DNA from: Thermotogota bacterium
GTDB lineage: Bacteria; Thermotogota; Thermotogae; Petrotogales; Kosmotogaceae
DNA: 33,184 nt
NCBI GenBank assembly: GCA_034660555.1
Contig: JAYEJL010000183.1
Coordinates: 1-33,184, forward strand
Reading direction: 5' to 3'
Positions 27,631 through 33,184 of the stretch are shown here, piece after piece. Both the position numbers and the translations under genes were made by a program. The notes under the pieces are model-generated. The model was not told where the DNA came from and made no database searches. It saw only the letters and a list, made by a program, of their open reading frames with translations. How positions within the stretch are numbered: the first letter of the stretch is position 1; the number at the start of each line of letters is the position of its first letter.

Positions 27631-28356
27631 AAGACGAGAAGCCGAGAGTCCGAGAACCCGAGAAAAAAGATTAAGAGTATAGAACGGTTACGTACAATAT
27701 AAAACTAACACTGTACAACGATTATTAGTGGTATTTTTACTAATCTTGGATTTGAGTTTCGGATAACAATGGTGGGAATGTTCAATGATTGCCTGACAAC
27801 AGTAAGCCCTCCATGTGGAGAAATGAAGTTTTGGAAAAAAACAGATTTATCACTATCAAGAACCTATAATAGAGTTACAAGAAATTCATTAATTCATGAA
27901 GGTTTTTTGTATGAAACAGAAGGCAATACTTTAAAACGCGTTCTCGTAGATACTCTGGTTTCGCTATAAAAAAATAGGTTTGAAAGCATATAATTATTTG
28001 CGGTATGACTAATGACGTTTGCATGGTTTTTTATATTTAAATAAAAAACACTCAGATCACGTTTTTAGTTTCGTTCTAATTGGTTAATCGATTTACAAAC
28101 GAGACCCGAAATTAACACACCCAGCCTACGGCAGCCCTCTCAAGAGGGCATTAGAACCAATAGGACAATGGAAAACTGTACATGTTTTTTGAACCTTCGA
28201 TGGACGAAGCGAAGCGTTGGACGAAGTGAAAACGTTGGACGAAACGGAGTGTTGGACGTGTTTTTGGTACCTATTGGTTCACGGGGAACGGTTCACGTTT
28301 TTTGAACTTTCGATGAACGTGTTTTTCTCGTTTTTGTCGAATCTCCGATCTCGGTA
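27631..28356. repeat. Intergenic mosaic of short repeat modules and REP-like hairpin (cluster 2)
   Basis: 8-mers acgagaag/ccgagagt/ccgagaac/ccgagaaa (~27634-27665); double hairpin 28124-28149; four (C/T)G(A/T)TGGACG units at 17-18 nt period (28198-28258); 23-nt direct repeat 28184/28297; reverse-oriented CGAGAT heptamers (~28325-28355). Confidence 0.8.
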
Positions 28357-28376
28357 TTTTAAAGGACGGTGTATAA

Positions 28377-29549
28377 ATGGATTCTGAAAATGTTCATAGA
28401 ATAAATTTGAATGATAAAGAAATAATACTCATTGGTACCGCGCATGTTTCGAAAAACAGTGCTGAAGAGGTAAAAGAGGTTATTGAAGAGGAACAGCCTG
28501 ATTCAGTATGCGTGGAGCTTTGTGAATCTCGCTATCGTTCGATCCAGGACAAAGATAAATGGAAAAATACCAATATCTTTAAAGTCGTGAAGGAAAAAAA
28601 GTCCTTTCTTTTATTGACCAACATGATATTATCTTCTTTTCAGAATCGCATGGCAAAGCAACTTGGAATAAATCCTGGCCAGGAAATGCTTCAGGGAATT
28701 CAGTCTGCAAAAAATAATGAAGCAGAACTTGTTCTTGCTGACAGGGATATTCAAATTACCTTCAGAAAAATATGGAACAGTCTTCGTTTTTTTGGTAAAT
28801 TCAAGTTGTTCTTTTTAATTATAATGAGTGCCTTGAGTAACGAGAAAATAACCGAAGAGGAACTGGAAAAATTAAAATCACAGGACGTACTTACATCAGC
28901 CTTAAGTGAGCTGTCTAAGGCGTTTCCTCAGCTAAAGGAATTGTTAATTGATGAAAGAGATATGTATCTTTCTCAGAAGATAAAAGAAGCCCCGGGGAAA
29001 AAGGTTGTTGCTGTTGTTGGGGCAGGCCATGTTCCCGGAATAAAAGAAAACATCGAAAAGGAACAGGATCTAGAAGCGCTTAATGAAATACCGCCAAAGT
29101 CAAATGTTGGTAAGATAATTGGCTGGAGTATTCCGGTAATAATAATCGCTCTGATTTTATCAACGATTATTGTAAACAGAGATGCTGGAATCAACCAGAT
29201 TTTAAGCTGGATACTATGGAATGGTTCTTTGTCAGCTCTGGGTACAATAGCTGCTTTAGGACACCCACTATCTATACTTACTGCTTTTGCAGTGGCGCCT
29301 ATTAGCTCACTAAATCCTCTTCTGGCAGCCGGGTGGTTTGCAGGATTGGTAGAAGCGTTTGTTAGAAAACCCACAGTAGAAGATATGGAAAATCTTTCTA
29401 AAGATATCTACACATTTAAAGGATTCTGGAAAAATAAGGCAACCAGAGTTCTGCTGGTTGTTGTTCTGGCGAACGTAGGTAGTGTGGTTGGAGCTATTAT
29501 TGGTGGAGCTGAAGTGGTCAGGGGATTTTTGAATACATTCTTTGGATAG
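28377..29549 (+). CDS. TraB/PrgY (pheromone shutdown) family protein
   Basis: LIGTAHVS, PDSVCVELC, PGQEM, LADRDI, LIDERD, VAVVGAGH, C-terminal TMs with NPLLAAGWFAGLVEA. Confidence 0.92.
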   Translation: MDSENVHRINLNDKEIILIGTAHVSKNSAEEVKEVIEEEQPDSVCVELCESRYRSIQDKDKWKNTNIFKVVKEKKSFLLLTNMILSSFQNRMAKQLGINPGQEMLQGIQSAKNNEAELVLADRDIQITFRKIWNSLRFFGKFKLFFLIIMSALSNEKITEEELEKLKSQDVLTSALSELSKAFPQLKELLIDERDMYLSQKIKEAPGKKVVAVVGAGHVPGIKENIEKEQDLEALNEIPPKSNVGKIIGWSIPVIIIALILSTIIVNRDAGINQILSWILWNGSLSALGTIAALGHPLSILTAFAVAPISSLNPLLAAGWFAGLVEAFVRKPTVEDMENLSKDIYTFKGFWKNKATRVLLVVVLANVGSVVGAIIGGAEVVRGFLNTFFG

Positions 29550-29554
29550 TTGTA

Positions 29555-30238
29555 TCATTTTTTTGTTGCAATTAAGTTTTCGGCGTATATGATATCATTA
29601 CGTGTTGTGATTTTTGGATTTGGGAATGTTGAAGGAATGATGGTAACTTCACCGATATATTTTTTATAAAGTTGTACCTCATCGGTAGCAATATTAGATT
29701 CTTTGATTCCACGTTTATGAGCTTCCAGTATCTCATTATAAACAAATCCTTGCGGAGTTTCAGCCAGCCAGAATTTTTCCCTCGGCGGTGAGTCAATAAC
29801 TTTGTTGTTTTCTGCTCTGTATATGGTTTCATTTACGGTTCTTGCGAAAACAGCACCGCATCCCGGTTTTATATTGCTCAATATTGTATCTATATATTCT
29901 CCGTCAAAAAGAGGCCTGACAGCGTCGTGTATCAGCACTTTATCCGGTGAATTGTTGTTCAAATATTCAAGTCCTCTATAAACAGATTCTTGACGGGAAT
30001 TACCACCTTCAACCAGTTCAATATTATCCAGATTATATTTTATGAGTAATTTCTTTGTCAGTTTTTCCCATTTTTTGTTTATTACGACAATAACCCTGTT
30101 TATACAGGAAGATCTGTGGAATATCTCCACAGATCTGATAAAAATCTCTTTTCCCTTTAATGGAACAAACTGCTTTGGGAAGGAACCTCCAAAACGTTTT
30201 CCGGAGCCACCTGCGACTACAATCGTTGCGTTGTTCAT
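29555..30238 (-). CDS. ispD: 2-C-methyl-D-erythritol 4-phosphate cytidylyltransferase
   Basis: VAGGSGKRFG..PKQF, GGNSRQESV, VLIHDAVRP, ETPQGF, TDE, NPKITT. Confidence 0.9.
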   Translation of the reverse strand: MNNATIVVAGGSGKRFGGSFPKQFVPLKGKEIFIRSVEIFHRSSCINRVIVVINKKWEKLTKKLLIKYNLDNIELVEGGNSRQESVYRGLEYLNNNSPDKVLIHDAVRPLFDGEYIDTILSNIKPGCGAVFARTVNETIYRAENNKVIDSPPREKFWLAETPQGFVYNEILEAHKRGIKESNIATDEVQLYKKYIGEVTIIPSTFPNPKITTRNDIIYAENLIATKK

Positions 30239-31476
30239 TTTAACAAATGAACGAAAAGCCCACTTCGAAGTTTGGGTTCGAACCAGGTGGATTTTGGGGG
30301 CATCACCATACCCTCATCGGCAACTTTCATCAATTCTTCTATGGATGTGGGGTACATGGAAAATGCTACTGCCCATCCATTTTTTGTTCTATTTTCTAGT
30401 TCTTTCAATCCTCTTATGCCACCTATAAAATCAATTCTAGAATCACTTCTGGGATTTTTGATTCCGAGCACGGGTTCAAGTAAATTGTTCTGGAGAATTG
30501 CTACATCGAGGCTTTTTACCGGGTCATTTTCATCGAAGCTGCCATTTTTTGGTTTTAGTAAATACCACTGGTTATCTATATACATACCAAATTCATGTCT
30601 GTCTTTTGGTGCGTAAGGTATTTCGTCTACTTCTTCAATGGTAAAGTTATTCTCTATACGTTTTAAGAAGTCATTTTTTGAAAGCCCATTAAGGTCTTTA
30701 ACTACTCTATTGTAATCGAGAACGATTAGATGGTTATGAGGGAAAATAACGCTCAAAAAATAGTTGTATTCTTCATCACCGGAATGGTTACTATTTTCTT
30801 CTTTCATTTTTTCCCTCACTCTTGAGCCTGAAGCTGCTCTGTGATGTCCGTCAGCTATGTATAATTCCGGTATATTATCGAAAATATCTCTAATTTCCTT
30901 TACCCTTTCTGCTGAATTTATAACATAAACGGTGTGCTGAACGCTGTTTTCATCAACAAAATCATAAACAGGTTCCAATTCGTTAACTAATCTCTTAAAT
31001 AACGTTTCAATAGATTCCTGTGATTTAAAAGTAAGAAAAACAGGTCCAGTATTTGCTCCTACAGTATATACATGGTTAGCTCTGTCATCTTCTTTCTCTT
31101 TACGGGTCAATTCATGTTTCTTTATTTTATTTTGCTGATATTCATCAACAGATGCACATGCTACCAGACCAATTTGTTCATGGTCATTCATTTTTTGTTT
31201 GTATAAATAATATGATGGTTTTTCATCCTGAACTAAAATTTTATCTCTGATAAGGTTTTCCAGATTTTCTTTTGCTTTTTTGTATACGGTTTCTCCATAA
31301 TGAGGTATATCTTGGGGCAAATCGATTTCTGCTCTTATGACATGCATAAAGCTTTCGCGATGTTTCCCGTAATCTTTTGCCTCTTCGAACGAAACAACAT
31401 CGTAAGGCGGGCATTGTACTTTTTTTACTAATTCTTTTTGAGGTCTTACAGCTTTAAAAGGTTTCAATAATGCCAT
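30235..31476 (-). CDS. DUF1015 family protein
   Basis: PPYDV, IKKHELTR, YIADGHHR, MPPKSTWFEPKLRSGL. Confidence 0.9.
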   Translation of the reverse strand: MALLKPFKAVRPQKELVKKVQCPPYDVVSFEEAKDYGKHRESFMHVIRAEIDLPQDIPHYGETVYKKAKENLENLIRDKILVQDEKPSYYLYKQKMNDHEQIGLVACASVDEYQQNKIKKHELTRKEKEDDRANHVYTVGANTGPVFLTFKSQESIETLFKRLVNELEPVYDFVDENSVQHTVYVINSAERVKEIRDIFDNIPELYIADGHHRAASGSRVREKMKEENSNHSGDEEYNYFLSVIFPHNHLIVLDYNRVVKDLNGLSKNDFLKRIENNFTIEEVDEIPYAPKDRHEFGMYIDNQWYLLKPKNGSFDENDPVKSLDVAILQNNLLEPVLGIKNPRSDSRIDFIGGIRGLKELENRTKNGWAVAFSMYPTSIEELMKVADEGMVMPPKSTWFEPKLRSGLFVHLLK

Positions 31477-31479
31477 AAC

Positions 31480-31908
31480 TTAACCCTCCTCGATATATTT
31501 GTTGGAATAATAATCCTGTTTATCGAACATTATTTTTGCTTCTTTTTCATTTTTTTCGTGGTCGTATCCCAGTAAATGAAGTATTCCATGAATTATCATT
31601 AAGCAAAGCTCTGTCTCCGTTGAATTATTATATTCAGGAGCCTGCTGGGCAACAGTTTCAAAAGATATAACAATATCACCAATTGTCTCTTCATTGAGAC
31701 CGTACTCGAAAGAAAGAACATCGGTTGGTCCGTCTTTACTTCTAAATTTTCTGTTGTATTCTATCATTTCTTCATCATTAGTGATAACAATATTAATATA
31801 TGAATTTTTTTCAAAAAGATTCTCTTCAGATAATATATTGTTGGCTAATTCAACTATCTTATTCACATCGATTTTATTCTTTGTCCTGTTTATCACTTGA
31901 ATCTTCAC
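31480..31908 (-). CDS. ybeY: rRNA maturation endoribonuclease YbeY
   Basis: NRKFR.KDGPTDVLSF, GDIVIS, HGILHLLGYDH. Likely GTG start at 31908 (AAGGTGG RBS), overlapping the upstream gene. Confidence 0.93.
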   Translation of the reverse strand: MKIQVINRTKNKIDVNKIVELANNILSEENLFEKNSYINIVITNDEEMIEYNRKFRSKDGPTDVLSFEYGLNEETIGDIVISFETVAQQAPEYNNSTETELCLMIIHGILHLLGYDHEKNEKEAKIMFDKQDYYSNKYIEEG

Positions 31909-33184
31909 TGGAAGAAACCACCTTGTCAACCTTTTCTTTAGGATATTCAACGCGTCCCCGATTCATATTAGTCAAGACATTTGTAAAGGCATCGATGATT
32001 TTTTCTAGATCGCTAAGTGTTAAACCACTTTCGTCTAGCTGGCGTTCGTTATAAACACCATTGACAATATCTTCAACCAACTCGTGTATTTTTCCTGGAG
32101 TAGGATCTTTGATACTTTTTGATGCTGCTTCCGTTGAATCGGCAAGCATAATTATTCCTGACTCCGGAAATTGTGGTTTGGGGCCGGGGTATCTATATTC
32201 ATCTTTCCCATTGTCTTTATTATCTTTACTGTCTTCTCTTGCTTTATGATAAAAATATTTCTTTACTCGAGTGCCATGATGTTCTCTAATTATGTCTTCA
32301 ATTAATTTAGGCAATCGATTTTTCCTTGCGAGTTCTACGCCCCTTTTCACATGTTCGTTGATGACTATATTTGACATCGATGGAGTGATTGAGTTGTGGG
32401 GGTTATTATCACTCTGGTTCTCGGTGAAATATTGTGGTCTCTTCAATTTACCAATGTCATGAAAATACGCTGAAACCCTTGCAAGAATAGGGTTAGCCCC
32501 TATTTTTTCAGCTGCAGCTTCAGATAGGTTTGCCAGCGTGATACTGTGGTAATAAGTACCTGGTGCGTTAAGGGAAAGACTTTTAAGTAATGGATGAGAT
32601 AAACTACCGAGTTCTAATAATCCCACATCTGAATAAATTCTACTTATGGATTCTATGTATGGAATTATTCCTATGGCAACAATTGATGAGATAATAGGGT
32701 TTATCAAGCCAATACCAATTTGTATCATGTTCACATTCAAATCAATAAGTCCTCTGGCAAATAATACTGCAGCAAACAAAATACCAACAAAGAACCCTGC
32801 TTTTGCAATATTTATACGTCTAAGCAGTTTTCTTGTCGTAAGGACAGTTAAAAATACCATTACCGAATTTAAAAAGAAATGTTCAAATGAAATATTCATA
32901 CTGACAGAAGCCAAATATGAAAGAAACAACCCTGTTCCAAGTCCTACTTCAAAACCAGCAAGAACAGTTATTATAGATACACTTAAGAAAATTGGAACCA
33001 CTGCAAGAGCGTACTCATTACCTACGATTGAAGGCAGAATAGAGTTCAGCAAGGCACCAAAAAGGACGATAGAAAATACCGTATATCTGTATGCTCTATG
33101 CAATGAAAAATGAGAACTCCTTCTAAATGATAACTCTCCAAAAATTATCCAGTACAGGATGGCAGCAAAGAAAAAACTGAAAGG
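31874..33184 (-). CDS. 7TM-HD family phosphohydrolase (PgpH-like c-di-AMP phosphodiesterase), 5' end outside window
   Basis: Multiple TMs, then APGTYYHS, HDIGK, FTENQ, EHHGT, YRYPGPKP, MLADS. Frame is open to the window edge. Adjacency to ybeY is conserved. Confidence 0.9.
   Translation of the reverse strand, partial: PFSFFFAAILYWIIFGELSFRRSSHFSLHRAYRYTVFSIVLFGALLNSILPSIVGNEYALAVVPIFLSVSIITVLAGFEVGLGTGLFLSYLASVSMNISFEHFFLNSVMVFLTVLTTRKLLRRINIAKAGFFVGILFAAVLFARGLIDLNVNMIQIGIGLINPIISSIVAIGIIPYIESISRIYSDVGLLELGSLSHPLLKSLSLNAPGTYYHSITLANLSEAAAEKIGANPILARVSAYFHDIGKLKRPQYFTENQSDNNPHNSITPSMSNIVINEHVKRGVELARKNRLPKLIEDIIREHHGTRVKKYFYHKAREDSKDNKDNGKDEYRYPGPKPQFPESGIIMLADSTEAASKSIKDPTPGKIHELVEDIVNGVYNERQLDESGLTLSDLEKIIDAFTNVLTNMNRGRVEYPKEKVDKVVSSSEDSSDKQDKE

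Noticed and set aside
27743..27768. Possible degenerate copy of a GATCCTGAA..TTCAGGATGAC-type REP palindrome
   Set aside because: Too many mismatches and no intact copy in the window for comparison.
27769..27969. 66-aa ORF between DUF89 and traB
   Set aside because: No clear RBS or motif. It may be a relic but cannot be supported as a gene.
28198..28258. TTGGACG repeats with variable linkers as a mini-CRISPR
   Set aside because: The repeat (~8 nt) and linkers (~9-10 nt) are far too short, and no cas genes or leader are present.
28377..29549. traB as evidence of a conjugative element
   Set aside because: This is the TraB/PrgY metalloprotease-like family, commonly chromosomal; no T4SS, relaxase or integrase genes are present.
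28973..33113. Long antisense ORFs (e.g. 28973-29374, 30042-30428, 30272-30616, 32646-33113) and similar ones throughout the window
   Set aside because: These are shadow ORFs opposite well-supported conserved genes, with no independent motifs.

Overview
A 33 kb, AT-rich bacterial chromosomal window. Gene content points to Thermotogota (Kosmotogales/Petrotogales-like), which is an inference from the Thermotoga-type GH4 and a solute-binding protein without a lipobox. From left to right it holds: the right end of an IS1634-family element inserted into an already frameshifted PotA-like ABC ATPase; a double-zinc-ribbon membrane protein; a class II glutamine amidotransferase-like protein; a decayed aldo/keto reductase; GDPD; GH4; a ~500 bp mosaic of short repeat modules; a decayed GNAT; a three-gene ABC-2 exporter; an alpha/alpha-barrel protein; an acyl-ACP thioesterase; GrpB; a triply frameshifted ABC exporter; and a DUF4139-like protein. 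Next is a complete LacI-controlled sugar locus: LacI, GH94, a multidomain secreted GH144 with two novel N-terminal repeats and a CBM9-like domain, and a CUT1 ABC importer. It most likely serves beta-1,2-glucan use and carries two identical 17-bp operators. The right part has a GNAT, a DUF89 gene that appears to start at ATT, a second repeat mosaic sharing modules with the first, TraB, and the housekeeping run pgpH-like HD / ybeY / DUF1015 / ispD. No CRISPR, rRNA or tRNA was seen. The most interesting elements are the modular intergenic repeat mosaics (with covarying REP-like hairpins) and the GH144/GH94 system. All functional calls come from motif recognition by eye; no searches were run.
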